Origin: the human T2T-CHM13v2.0 reference genome, Homo sapiens
DNA length: 64,000 nt
Assembly: GCF_009914755.1 (NCBI RefSeq)
Contig: NC_060933.1
Direction: 5' to 3' (one strand)
Part shown: piece after piece, positions 46,906-64,000 of the stretch
How positions within the stretch are numbered: the first letter of the stretch is position 1
How the letters are laid out: every line of letters starts with the position of its first letter
Position numbers and translations under genes: made by a program
Notes under the pieces: generated by a model
What the model saw: the letters and a program-made list of their open reading frames with translations, nothing else
Database searches by the model: none
What the model was told of the DNA's origin: nothing

Positions 46906-48928
46906 TAGATTCCAAGAGTAAACAAAACCCTCAAGTGTTACTGTGCAAAGATTATACTCACCATGTTTGATTTTTTTGGTCTCTGGTGGTCATCCCAGAT
47001 GCATTCACAGTCATTTCTGGACCTTTAATGTAATCCACTGTTGTTATTAAATGAGCTGATCCACATGGAGTTACTTTTTGAAATCATGAAGTTCCTTATG
47101 AATGTTTGTTATTGTGTCTTAAATTCTTTAAATTCTTAAAATATGTCTTAACTCACTTAAAGATAGAAGTAAATGTTTCTGTGGTCCTTCTGGGAGTGGG
47201 GAAAGTTACAACTCCACAAATGTTAAGAGAGAAGGGTGAACAGTTAGCAGTCAGGCAGCATGGTTGGGAGTCATGAGGAAGAGCATTCAAGATGACACAA
47301 GTTTTGTAAGCAGACCTAAGGAACGGGCTGAAGAATGTTGTGGAGACCCAGGTACTTAGACTTAGCATTCTGAGTTCAGAGTTCGCCCAGGAGTTCCAGG
47401 CTTGTGGCAGGTTTAGAAAATCCAGGATGATCGGCCACCTTCTTTCTCCCAGAGGTCGATCTGATCTTAAGTTGTACCTGACTAAAACCTGCTGCAGGAG
47501 AGATGGTCAGATTTTATTTACACACAGGGAGATGGCTTCCTAAGATTGTGTAGTGAACCAAGAAGGTGTTTACAGGCATGTGAAACTGGCTATTGTAAAG
47601 AGGCAGTGATCTGGGACACGTGATGTTAGTTAAAGTGGAGGAAAAGGTGTACCCTTCAAGCAGAGGATTCCAGGGCCTCTCCAAACCGTACAAGTCTGAG
47701 CCAAGGGACAGAAATTCCATCAGTGGCTTGGAAGCCAAATATTTGCCCTGATACTGAGGAAGGGAAAGAGTGGAACGTGACCGTGGGATAGATAAAGGGT
47801 CTTCACAGGAATGCAAACAAGATGATAGGTAGAATCACCCATGAGATTAGCAAACAAATCACTTTAAGAGGAAAAAAGTAGAATAAAGAGAGTCAACCAC
47901 AGGTAGAAAATGCAAGACTTTGGAATCCACAAGTCATAGATATGTATCTCGGGAAATAATCCAAGCACACATGCATGGTACTGATACACCTGTGGGAGAG
48001 TGAGAGTCTGGTTGTCCCGAGACTGATAGATTCACCCACCTGCTGGGCTCTAAGCCAGTTGGATATTTGCTCGAGAGACTAGATTCCTGTGGGCTGGTCC
48101 TAACTTTCCCAACTAAGCTCACCCTCACTTGAGCCCAAAGGACTCCTAAGACTCCATCCCCAGGAGGCATCCCCAGGTGAGGAGCTGGGCACTTGAATTG
48201 TCATGTGTACAGCACCATAGCCATTGTAAAAGGAGAACATCTCACAAGTCAGGAGTTACTGGAGAGACTGTTTATGACACACTTCTGGGTTCGATGGCCC
48301 TGAGACAATAAATTCATCCACATTCCTGTGGCCCAGTTTTCATGCTTTGCTCATGACATCCTCCCTCAGTGATTTTCTCCTGCCTTTCATAATCAGGTTT
48401 GATGAGCAAAGGTTAGAAAGTGCAGTGGCTTCCTGGGCATGTGCATTAAATAGCAATTAAAATGCAGTCCTGGTTCGGCTCAATGCAGCAGGTGTCAATC
48501 AAACACCTACAGTGTGTCAAGCTTGATGCCGGGGCGGTGGGGTACAGGAATGAGCAGACAAATGCTTCTGCCTTGGGAGCTTGAGATGAAAGGGAAGGAG
48601 AGCACGAATTAGACCTGTTTGAGGGGGTAATAGAAATTCAGATAAAACTGAGTAGGGTCCAGAGGAGAGATTCTTTCCACCTGAGAAGACAGCCTAGGAA
48701 AGGCTTTCTGGAGGAGGTGGCTTTTTAACTAGGCTTTAAGGGGTGGGTAGGAGTTTATTAGGCAGAGATAGTGGCAAAGGGCTTTCAAGGGAGGGCGATC
48801 TGTGTGAACAAGAGTGTGAAAGCAAAAAAGCATGTAAACAAAAAAGCATGGAGCATCTTTAAGAAATAGCAAGGAGTTTGCTGTGACTGGATCTGCTGGG
48901 ATTGGGGGGTGAGAAGGACATGCAGGCC

Positions 48929-49394
48929 TGTATTGGTTAGGGACCTGGCAGGAAGCAGACTCAAAAGAGTTTCACTGAGCAGAATTGAATCAAGGGACTA
49001 TTTATAGAGTTCAGCAGGGTAAAAGGAATCAGCAAGGGATGGTGAGGCACCCAGGGATGAATAACTGGGAAGCTATTAGCTCATCTAGGCCTGAACAGAC
49101 AAGAGAGGGTGATGGGGTTTCCACAGTACAGTGAGGGCTGAGTTGTGGCAGGGAACCAAAAGGCAGGGCCTATGTGGCTGCAGAAGAACAGGGGAAGGGA
49201 GGGCGGGAGAAAATAAAAAAAAAAACCCAACCTCTGTCTCTTTCTACCATTAAGATCTACAGCTACTGCCTCTCATTTGCTAAACCCAGCCAAAACCAGA
49301 GGCAAGGAACCCTGGATCAGCCCTCCCAGTGCACAGAGCAGGACAAAGAAAGACAGAGGGTGAATCGGAGGGCAAATGGAGAGTGACCAGCACA
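48929..49394 (-). mobile_element. ERVL-class solo LTR (LTR41/LTR33-like) within L2 sequence (~48490-48900)
   Basis: TG...CA bounded; caagggatggtgaggcacccaggga and terminal ggagggcaaatggagagtgaccagcaca. Confidence 0.6.
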
Positions 49395-49454
49395 GAGCCA
49401 TATGGCATGAGGTGCCATGCTGAAAGGTTTTCTCGGGACATCAAGAAGTGTTGA

Positions 49455-49871
<417 letters not shown>

Positions 49872-50805
49872 TAGCTATATACCAGCAGGACCATCTCCTG
49901 CTGTTCACACAAGCCTAGCCCTAGGCCTCTACATCTAGAAAGCATTGCCCGTGCATCTACCAGCCTTTCTTCCATGCAAGGAGGGCAAATGTGGCTGGCG
50001 GAGAAGGCACCTAGAATACCAGTGGCAGCTTCTCTGTCTCCCCACTATAATTTAGGACTCTTCTAATTGTAAGCAACAGAAAATCCAGTTCAAACAGGCT
50101 TAATCCAGAAAGGTGTAAGGAGGCGGGGGTGACATATAAAATTTATGGCTCAGATACCATAGGAGTCTAGAAACAGTACCTGGCTTCCAGTACAGGGGTT
50201 TAATATCATCTGGACCTGTTGTCTCCTTACATACAGTCTCTTTACACCTGTGTCATTTTCACTCCCAAGCAAGACTCTTCCCTGGTGTTGATACAGCTGC
50301 CAGCACAGGTCAAGGTTTCTTTTTCCCAGTTCCACACCCAGCAGGAGAGATAAAGTTTCTGATCCCTATTAGTTCAAACAAGACTCCATGGCCTTAGCCT
50401 TAGGCTAACTCAGCCCTGAGTCAGAGCTCCATTCCTCAATATAGTCTTGGGACCAAAGGAACATGGTGATCTGATTGGCTAGACCAGGGTCCCTCCCTCA
50501 TCCTACCATGTTCCCCCAAGCTTCTGGACTACTTAGGGCTTCAGCTCCACCGTAAACAAATTGAGAGTTAGAAGGTATCCTGTTCACTGCAGGGACAAGG
50601 GATACTGTCCCTTAGCAAGAGCAACAGACCTGCCTTTTATCTGTTATGTTCTTGAGCTATTTCCTGAAAGCAATCAATACAACACTCATAAGTTAAATTT
50701 TATTGAATTCATAGTTACAAAAGCCAGGAAGTCGTTTAGTTATTAACCACATGGTTTGAAATTGATGGAATTGAGACAGAAATCACTTTAAAAACTGAGA
50801 GAGGG

Positions 50806-51170
50806 TGTCATAGTCTGTTCTGGCTGCTGTAACAACATCCCACAGACTACGTAGCTTATAAACAACAGACATTTATTTCTTATAGTTCTGGAGGCCAGGA
50901 TGTCCAAGATCAAGGTGCCATTAGATTCCGTGTCTGCTGAGGGCCCACCTCCTGGCTCATGAATGATGCCTTCTAGCTGTTTCCTCACACAGTGGAAGTG
51001 GCAAGGCAGCTCTCTGGGACTCTTTCAAAAAGGCACTAATCCCATTCAGGAGGGCTCTCCCCTCACGACCTAATCACCTCTCAAGGGCCCCACCTTCTAA
51101 CACCATCACATTGATGATTAGGTTTCAAAATATGAATTTGAAGGAGGACATACACATTCATACCATAGCA
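50806..51170 (-). mobile_element. MLT1A/MST-family solo LTR
   Basis: tgtcatagtctgttctggctgctgtaacaa...cattcataccatagca; near-perfect 5-bp TSD gaggg/gagga. Confidence 0.85.
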
Positions 51171-51216
51171 GAGGAGAAGAAAAATTAAGCATGTTTTGCC
51201 TTAAACTCTTAAGAAT

Positions 51217-51220
<4 letters not shown>

Positions 51221-51259
<39 letters not shown>

Positions 51260-51270
51260 CACTACACTAC
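51221..51270. repeat. (CA)18 grading into (CTACA)n
   Basis: Read directly. Confidence 0.95.
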
Positions 51271-51274
51271 AGCT

Positions 51275-53842
<2,568 letters not shown>

Positions 53843-56800
53843 CAACACATGTACACACACATACAAACATGCCCTTAAGAGTCAGTTGGTGCATACATGT
53901 CCGGCATTTGCAAGAGAGGGTCTGTGTTTACTGGTGGGGAATTCCTGTTTTCTACTGAGTTCTCATCCCTGAAAAGAGCAAAACCTTGAGTGGCCTGATG
54001 CTGCCGTAATTCCCATTGAGGATATCTGACCTAATTGTTTTGGGTATTGTTGGGCATGGAAGGTTCACTAACATCTTAAGATAACATTCACACGGCCAGC
54101 CAGAGCCTCCCTGGTTATCTGGCTTGGGGACGCACATGTCACATGGATCTTGGAGGAGGTTGGGAAGGCTTTCCAAATACACTTGGGCTGAGTTTTGAAG
54201 TCACTGAAATGGTAATCAGATAAATGAGAGAGCAGAGGGAGCAATAAATAAAGGCTCAAAGACATGAGCGCAGGGCAGAACTGACACAGTGGGCATGGTT
54301 GGGGTTGGGGCTGGGGCTAGGGTGGGTCAGAGAGCTTGCATGCCACCCTATGTTAGGGGACCACTGAAGGGGCTTTAAGCTGGAGAGTGACTCCGCCAGA
54401 TTTGCATCCTGGAAAGATAGCTCTGACTTAGTTTGCAGAATGAATTGGCAGAGACAAGATTGTATGCAGAAAGAGTTTTAGGAAGTTGATGAAGTAGCCT
54501 TGGTGAGAAATGCAGCGGACCTGAACCAAGACAGTGTCAGAGGCCATCACTCACTTTACATTACATTACATTACTTTACATTACAGTGTAAAGGCCATCA
54601 CTCACTTGTCTTCTGACTGGGCTGGCAGGATTCAAGCAGCCGGGGCTCCTGTATCCCTTTTCTCGCTGACTCTCTCTCTCCTCTTCTCTTTCTCTCTCTC
54701 TCTCCCCCAACCCCCACCCCCACTATACTCCCTCTTGCTCTGGTTTTCCCATGTTGCCTCTCCAGCATGGCAGCTTCAAGGCAGCTGGACTTCTTACATG
54801 ATGCTTCAGGGCTTCAAAGTGAGTGTCCCAAGAAGAAAACTAATCAGATGCTGGCCTCTTCTAACCTATCTCAGATTTCACATAGCCTCACTACTGCTGC
54901 ATTTTGTCTATCAAGGTGATCACGAAGGCCAACCCAGCTTCAAGAGACAGGGACAGAGCCTCCATTTTCTGATGGGAAGAGTATCAGATATTCTATAGGC
55001 CTATTTTTAAAGTACCAGGGGACCCAGAATGAAAAGTCTGAGGTTTTCTGAAGGGAGGATAGATACGTTTATTTTTCCTTTGTTGGGTCTCATGTGCAGG
55101 TATCCAGGTAGAGTCCCAGCAGGTAACTGTATATTGAGTTTGTCACTGGGGAAACAGCATGAGGCAACAGATAGAGATGGAAATGGAAGCTATAAAAACA
55201 GATGGGATCCCTGTGGGAGAGTGTGCTGCCCAAGAAGAGGGTGGAAGACAAACCCTTGATGAACATCAACATCAGTGTGAAGCACAATGTCAAAGGTGGA
55301 GAGATGAGAACTTATCCAGCTGGCTGAGTTCCTCTAGACATCCAACTGGTTTTCACTCTTAGAGTACTGCAGTCTGAGACTTCTCTGGGATTCAGTATTC
55401 TCTTGGTAAAAGAGTCATCTTTCCAGCAGGACTGAACCCTTGCTTGCCCAGATCAAGGGTCCTCTTCCACCTCTCACAGCTGGCTGCTGAGTCAGAACCT
55501 CCTACCTTCCTCCCAAGGCCAGGCTGTGTTGTGGAGCCTTCTGTCCTGTGTGTTTCCAGTATGGGACAAGGCACTAGATCCTCCACCCTCTTCCCAGTTA
55601 GCTATGTTCCCTGGAGTAAAAGAGTCTTTGAACAAGTTGTTAGGAAAGTTTCTCCTCTTCAACCACTTCAAAATGTCCTTTTGAGTGTAAGCCACATCCA
55701 AATAATTAGTCTTCAGTTCCAGATCCTGTTAGAGAGCCACATTGGTACAGGAGCTTTCCTGATTCCTCTTTTGTGAGTTGCCATAAAGAAAGAGGAAATG
55801 ACCTATAATCTATGAAAGAGCCAGGTTCTAAAACAGATCATTCTGACTTCAGAGCTCAGCCCTTCACCCTAGGCATCCCTCCAAGAGACACCAGCATGAA
55901 CTTACCCAGAACGGGCCTGAACATTTAAACAACTGAACACAATACACCCCAGCTGGCTCCTGGCAGATTGCACTCCAGTGTGGTGAGTTTAATTTGAGCA
56001 AGCAGTTGAAATAAAACAGGGCTGGCTGTGGGGATGTGGCAGAGCCAGAATGGCTTCTCTTGATCTTTTTTTTCTCTCTGGGAAACAAGATGAATTAATG
56101 AACTGATTCATACTCCCTTTTACCCAAAGTCTGAAATAAACCACCCTTATCATCTCATCAAACCTTTACCCGACCCAAACTATGGATCTGGGATTCTTAC
56201 TCTTCTCTTGCCTTCAATCTATCCCACTCCTGATGAAGTTCCTTCCCAACTTCCAATCCCATGGGCTTCGCTTTCCTGCCTATAAACAGCTGTCAACTGC
56301 CTGATTTCCCTATGCTAATCCATTCTACACATTTTAACCAGGCTTTTCTCCAATCTAGGCTGGCTTTTACACAAACATGTTCAATGGCTATTCATTATCC
56401 TTAAAAACTAATCTTTGTATATTATAGTTTAACACACGGTTTATCTCATTTTATCCTCACAATGAACCCATTATATGGAAGGGAACTTAGGGTCAGAGAA
56501 GTATAAATTCTCCTCCCTGGCATTCAAGGGCTTTCATGGTGTGCCCCAAGTGATTTCCTAGTCTTGGTTTTCTAAACCACCCCTCAAGCACCAGCCAAAC
56601 TACTGACTGAACACACTCTTATCACCTCTTTATGGAAGAAACAGAACTTTGGTGTCCAACAGAACTGGATATCGAAGCTGGCCATGTGACTTTGGACAAG
56701 TTTCCTAACCTGTGTTACATTATTATCTTTATCTGTAAATAACAGGCTTTTTAGATCAGATGATTAAATAAAATAACGTATTATAAAAGTGTTTGGGCCT

Positions 56801-57566
56801 TAGGCACCTGACACGTTAATTTCTTCTTCCCCTGCCCCTCTGTCTTTAGGTGTTCTCTCCACTCTCCACCGTCCTCAATAGTCCCCGCCTAGTGAATTCC
56901 TTCTCACTCTCACATCCAAGGTTCATCTAAAATTCTTTCTTAATCTCACCTAGTGTGAATTTCAAGGGTAGCTCTGAACTCCTACAACTTTGGGGTGGCC
57001 GTTCCTATAGACTAGCTTGTTCTCTTGTCTTCTGTCTTGTCCTGCCTACTAGAATACAATTTCTCAGTGGCAGGAGCAGCGTCCTCTCTTTGACCTCACA
57101 ACATAGCACCTCTGTGGTGCTGGCACGAAGAAGTCATCCAGAAAACATTTGTAAGATTGACTCAAGACCACGGGAGGCTTCTTGTGTTCCACGTGCTGAT
57201 TTCCTGATTGCTGTGATATTTGCTTTCGGCTGAACACTGGTCACCTTCCCTCTTCTGTTATTGTGTACCAGAATGAAAGATGACAGCCAGGAGGAAGTTT
57301 GCTTGCAGAGGTATGTGGGCTGAGCTCACAAAATTTAACAATTGTTTTTAGCTTTTGTTCACATTTTAAAAATTGGGTGGTCTCACACAAAGACCTAGAT
57401 TTTTAGTTTCTCTTTAAAAATTCAGGAGAAAAGGCCACCATGGACCCTCACTTTCATGTGATGGGGCTTGGGCAGAGACATCAAGACCACCACAGACCCA
57501 TGGGCCTGCTTCCCTCACTTCTGCCCTGATCCCTGTAGCCTTGTACGTTTGCAGTCTTTGATGTCA

Positions 57567-58243
<677 letters not shown>

Positions 58244-59234
58244 TAGACATCTTTCATTTGCTTAGAATCTGTGGTGATGGAGGCCTCATGCCCTATTCCA
58301 ACTCCAGCTGCCTGTCAATGTAGTGTCTGTAGCTTCTTTCACATGGAGAAGCTATCAGTCCCATTCTGTCCATCAAGGTAGAGTGAAAAATATCAGGTCA
58401 CTCTGCTGCCTCTACCACCTTTCAGCACTGATGGCTCCACTCCCTGAGGGGAGAGGCACAAGTGACAGGGAAGGAAGAAAGAAGAAGAATTTTCTCACTT
58501 TGTGATTTATTGCATTTAATTCTCACCCTGAGTCTGAGTTGGGTATCATTCCTTCTTGACTTATAGCAAAATCAAGGCACATAGAGGCTGTCCTTTATGC
58601 TCCATCCCAAAGCTAGAAAATAAATGATGAGTGGTTTGGGCCCGGTTGTGTCTAATTGTGTCATGTTTTTTCACTATTCTGTCTGCCTTAGGGTCTCCAA
58701 CCCCTTTCAGCTGTATTTATAAGACTGATGTTTGCAGAACTGTTTATTAGTTTGCAGGACTGTTTATTAGACAACTACAAACGGAGCTGAAATAAAACTT
58801 TGGTTTCTGTTTGCTCTAAAGAGAAGTTTCTGTTCAATCCTCCACTGGGAGTGTGTCTTTAGGCCTCTAAATTTTATACCATAACTATTTGTATAATTTG
58901 AATGGTCTCCAATGAAATGGATACAAATAATAATAAATACATTCTAAAATAGCAATAATGCATGACATTGGTTTAGATCACAGTGTTTCCTATGTACATT
59001 TTCTCTTTGGGTTCACCCAACATTCTCGAGATACCCTCACTGAAGTTTTTAGATAAAGCAATCAAAAAGCAAGAGGATTTAAATGACATAGGTAAGTATG
59101 CATGTGGTAGAAATGGAATTAGAATCCAGATTCTTAGCTCCTCTTTTCATTATCTGATCCTGCTTGGTTTTTACTCACACCAGGCAATAATTTTGAAAGC
59201 TCTGCTCTCTCTACTTGTGATATTATTATCTGTT

Positions 59235-59455
59235 GTTATTATTCAATCATAAATATTTATTGAGCCTTCCTGCAGGCCAAGGGCAGGGCTAAGTCCTGTG
59301 CATTCATTATTTCACTTAATGCTCAGGACAGCCATATGACATAGGTACTCTTCTCATTTCTCTTTAACTGATGAGGATACAGAGGCTTAGAGGGATTCAG
59401 TAACTTATGTAAGGTCACACTGCTAGTAACTGGTAGGACATACTCAACTCCAGAT
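59235..59455 (-). mobile_element. MIR
   Basis: aatatttattgagc...gatgaggatacagaggcttagaggg...aaggtcacac. Confidence 0.7.
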
Positions 59456-60119
59456 AGGTGACTCATGGAAATTTCTGCTGTGTCTTACATCTTCACCTAG
59501 ATTGTAAACCACATGGGGACCCGGACCACATGTCCTCCACAGAGCTTAGCAAAGTGGTTGTATGCACAGGTATGCAAGTCATTTATTAATGACAGTTGAT
59601 TTTTTCTCGGCCATTAGCTTTTATTTTACTTTTTCTATAGGGATTTTCAGATCACACTGTTCTCAAAATAATCCTGGTTTTCTGTTGGCTGTTTTGATTT
59701 ATCTTTAGACACTGTAATTGAAAATTAAGCTCTTAAGCATCTCCTTTACAGGCTATGTTCCACAATCTGTAATCACAACTTTTCTTTAAATTGATCATCA
59801 TCTTTTGAGCTGTTAATAAACATGTCTGGCTTCATTTGGGTTTTCAAATTGTTATTTCCAGACGGTGAGACTTTCAGATCTGATAGGCTCACACACATCC
59901 TGCCAAGTGGAAGTTTGAGCAAAATGTCACATCTTTGGCAATATTTGTGCTATTAGTATGATGATTAAAGGAAAAAGAAAAGTTTCACTGTGATGTCAGC
60001 AGCTTTCCCACCTCATGAAAAAGCCATCAAATTATCAACCAATCAAAATTAAATGAATCCCATTTAATTTTATTATTATCTATTTTTCTTTTTTCCCCGT
60101 TTTAAAAATGAATTTGGTT

Positions 60120-60875
60120 CATTTGCTTTCTGCTTCTGGATTTGCCTGTTCTGGACATTTCATATAAATGGAATCATATAATACATGGACTTTTGTGACT
60201 GGCTTCTTTGGCTTGTTTCACTTAGTGTAATGTTTTCAAGGCTCATCCATACCACAGCATGCAGCAGTGCTTTATTCCTTTTTATGGCTGAATATTATTC
60301 CATTGGATAGAGATACAATATTTTGTTTATCCAATAATAAATTGGGCACTTAGATTGTTTTCACATTTGGCTATTAGGAATAATGTTGTTGTGAACATTT
60401 CTTGTACAGTTTTTGTGTAAGGACATGTTTTCAATTCCAGAGGCTATATATCTAGGCATGCAATTGCTGGGTCACATGGTAACTCTATGTTTAATTTTTG
60501 AGGAACTGCCAAACAGTCTTCCACAGAGGCTGCAACATTTTACATTCTCACCAAAAAGGCAAAAAGATTCCAGTTTCTCCACATCCTCACCAACATATAT
60601 CATTTTCTCTTTTTTGTGTTTTTTAAAAATAGCCATTCTAATGAGTACAAAGTAACATCTTATTGTGGTTTTGATTTATATTTCCCTAATGACTAATAAT
60701 ATTCGACATCTTTTTATATGCTTACTGTCCATTTGTATATCTTCATTGGAGAAATGTCTATTCAAATATTTTGTCTATTTTTAACAATTTGGTTGTCTTT
60801 TCATTGTTGAGTTGTAAGAATTCTTTATGTATTCTAGACCCTTACCAGATACATAATTTGCACACTTCTCTTTTT
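60120..60875 (-). mobile_element. L1MB-like fragment
   Basis: gttctggacatttcatataaatggaatcata...ttgaggaactgccaaac...ggagaaatgtctattcaaat. Confidence 0.82.
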
Positions 60876-61659
60876 TGAATAAATTGCAAAGCAACATTTT
60901 TCAAAAAAATTTTTAATTTTTTTCTGCCATATTGTGAAGCTTGGTTGTCTCTACCAGGTACTACCTCCTATTTACCCATAAGTATTTGGAAGGTCATCAG
61001 GATTTATGCTCAAAAATGGAGTTTGGGGGTGAGAAGGAAGCACTTTGTTTGGAGAGGGTTTTACTGTTGAGGCCCTGCATTAATCCCCTCTGCCACCTCC
61101 AGGAAAGCTGTGGTCACATCTGGTATAGTAGAAAGTGCCATGGTGGCTGAGGAAGCTTGTGGGTTTATCACATTTTTATCCATGGTGGCATGGACACCTT
61201 GTTTTTGCTTCCGAATTGCTCTTAAAGAAAAATTCTGGGGCGGATGAACCCCATCATCATCCAGGAAGAATATTTGCAGCACATTTTTTCTTGTCATGAT
61301 GAGTTTGCTGTTTGAGACGGTATGGTAAGAAGCTTTATAATGGCTGGCTAGTGTCATTTTCCCTCATTTAGGCTCAACCGTGACTTTATATCTGTATACT
61401 TTATGGAAGGCCTGGAGCCTCACACTGAGGCAGAAGAGGGAAGGGGCAAGTGCAGTTGATGGTGGCAGCTAAGTGGGAGAGAAAGTCAGCGAAGACAATT
61501 ATTTATTCAAGACCTTTACAAAGGGAGCGGCCCCACTTGTTTGCATGTTGATTGAACCATACCTTAGTGTCCAGTTGCTTGAGGCTTGCAGCAGCATCTT
61601 TATGCTCTTCAAAGTGAGTGCTGCCATTGGTAGCAAGGTCTTATGGATGCCCTTGCTAG

Positions 61660-62015
<356 letters not shown>

Positions 62016-62207
62016 TGAACCTGCCTTTTAACAAGACCCCAAGGTGATTCAAGGCACATCAAAGTTTAAGAAGCATAGATTTACATTATATTCTGTCTAT
62101 CCCTGCACATCTCACATGGTTATTCAGCCTAATGTCCGTGTGAGTCAGTCTTCCTCTTTCTTTTCATGCCTTCCATGGATTTCACCTGGTGTACTCTTGA
62201 TACCATC

Positions 62208-62588
62208 TGTATTAGCCTGTTCTGACAAGGCTATAAAGAAATACCGGAGACTGGGTAATTTATAAAGGGAAGAGGTTTAAATAACTCAAAGTTCTGCGTG
62301 GCTGGGGAGGCCTCAGGAAACTTACAATCATGGCAAAAGGGGAAGCAGGCACCTTCTTCACAAGGCAGCAGGAGAGAGAGTGTGAGCGTGTGAAGGAGGA
62401 ACTGTCAAACACTTATAAAACCATCAGATCTCATGAGAACTCATTCACTATCATGAGAACAACATGTGGGAGACCCCCACCTCCATGATCCAATCACCTT
62501 CCACCAGGTCACCTCCCTTGACACATGGAGATTATGGGGATTACAATTCAAGATGAGATTTGGGTGGGGACACTGCCAAACCATATCA
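62208..62588 (-). mobile_element. THE1D/MSTA-like solo LTR
   Basis: tgtattag...gagactgggtaatttataaag...ccaaaccatatca; perfect 5-bp TSD CCATC at 62203-62207 and 62589-62593. Confidence 0.9.
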
Positions 62589-63364
62589 CCATCCTAGTAC
62601 TGGCTGCAGCTTCCTTTAATTACTGGATGAAGAAACACAATCTTTTGATCAACTAGCATTTCCCTGAAGCACTTGTAAACAATTCCATAAAAATCCTGAG
62701 ATAGGTACCTATTTGTGTTTACTCTTGAACTTTCCCCAGCCTCCTCCTCCCCATCCCTGTCTTCCCACAGCTCAATACTTCCACCTTCCATTGTTCAGTA
62801 CCCCGCTGTGACTCCTGCCTGTGCTGAGTTGCATCTATGATTGACTCTCATTAGATGTGAGCTCCTTGAGGGAAGGGTCTTACATCATCCATTTTTATAC
62901 CTTGATTCCCACCCCTGGACCTAACACAGGTCCTTGGACATAGTAAATATTTGCAGAATTTAATTAAGTTATTGAGTCACATTGGACATAATTTCAGAAG
63001 ATACCAAATGCCTTTTCTTTTTTTTTTTCCACATGCCATTTGTTCTCGTACCACTAAGACCCTAAGACTTTTATTTTGTTGATATCAAGTGGTATAAATA
63101 TTAACAAACATTGTATTATATATCATAATTTTAACTCTGAAGTTTTTAATTTATAGAACAAAAGTTAATATTTCTCTACCAAAATAAATGTCATAGACTG
63201 AGGAAAGAATTTTGTTAATTTGGTCATACCAAAAATATTTAACATTAATTTCTCTCCTCAACTTCTGACTCTGCTGCTCCTTAACTCTGTAACCATGACT
63301 TACCTGTCAAAGCCAAAACTCTTTTGAGCATTTCATGAGAAAATCTATAAAGAGTATATAGCCT

Positions 63365-63600
63365 ACAATAATAGCTAACATGTATTAGCTGTACTTACAG
63401 TGTGAGCCAGGTACTTTTTATTCTAAGTACTTTACATATAGTCTCATTTTAAAATCTCCTAATGACTCCATGAGGTTGATATTTTGTTCTTCCCATTGTT
63501 ATAGGTGAGGAAACAGAGGCACAGGCTACAGGGTATTTTGTCCAAGATAACACAGCTAATAAAGTGGTGAGGCCAAGATTTGAACAGTCTCTTCTTAAAG
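63365..63600 (-). mobile_element. MIR (an L2 3' end lies at ~62850-62960)
   Basis: aataatagctaacatgtatt...ggtgaggaaacagaggcaca...tccaagataacacagct. Confidence 0.75.
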
Positions 63601-64000
63601 AGCCTGCCTCCTGAAGGGTTACTGATGAATTCCTTTCTTCCTTCAAAATGCTTCATGTGATTTAACATGCCTTATTTCATTGTGTATATTAAAGGCCCTT
63701 TGTTTATACATTACTCTCATCTATATTTCCCCATTTGGCCAATGCATTGTATAAATTAGGTGATCTGTAAATGATTGTTGGCTAATTGATCCTATGTGCA
63801 TACATGGGAATACTTGGAAAAGCAATGATTGTTTTAATATAACAAGTTCTTGATGTAGCAAGATTGTTCCTATACATTGTGGAACTCTCAATTTTAATAT
63901 TTACTGACTCCATTATCCATCTTAAAATGGGCATATCGGAAAGGGTAAGGAATAAATAATTGATGGTGGTGTCACACATCTAGTAATATGATAGTTGAGC

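Overview
Primate (almost certainly human) genomic DNA spanning the 5' end of SLC1A1 (EAAT3/EAAC1 glutamate-cysteine transporter; 9p24 in human). The only supportable protein-coding sequence is coding exon 1 (ATG 30319 to 30409, 91 nt, [31 protein letters not shown], phase-1 GT donor at 30410), inside a TATA-less CpG-island promoter. Bases 1 to ~29500 are upstream intergenic DNA. Bases 30410-64000 are intron 1, and exon 2 is not reached. The rest is dominated by transposons: a full-length but dead L1PA5/6-like element (6284-12388) nested in an older L1M, a twin-primed 5'-inverted L1, solo LTRs (LTR8-like, MER39-like, LTR41/33-like, MLT1, THE1/MST), dozens of Alu/FLAM/FRAM copies, and MIR, L2, MER5A and half-MADE1 fragments. 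Nearly all other ORFs in the track come from Alu, L1 or GC-rich sequence. I found no convincing new multi-gene system. The best leads are: an in-frame CUG in strong context that could add 66 aa to the EAAT3 N-terminus; an L1 ORF0 broken by a stop but re-opened by a downstream AUG; two ~1-kb-spaced local duplications of Alu plus unique flank; and several Alu/L1 rearrangement fossils. Repeat subfamily names come from my recall of consensus sequences and need RepeatMasker/Dfam confirmation.
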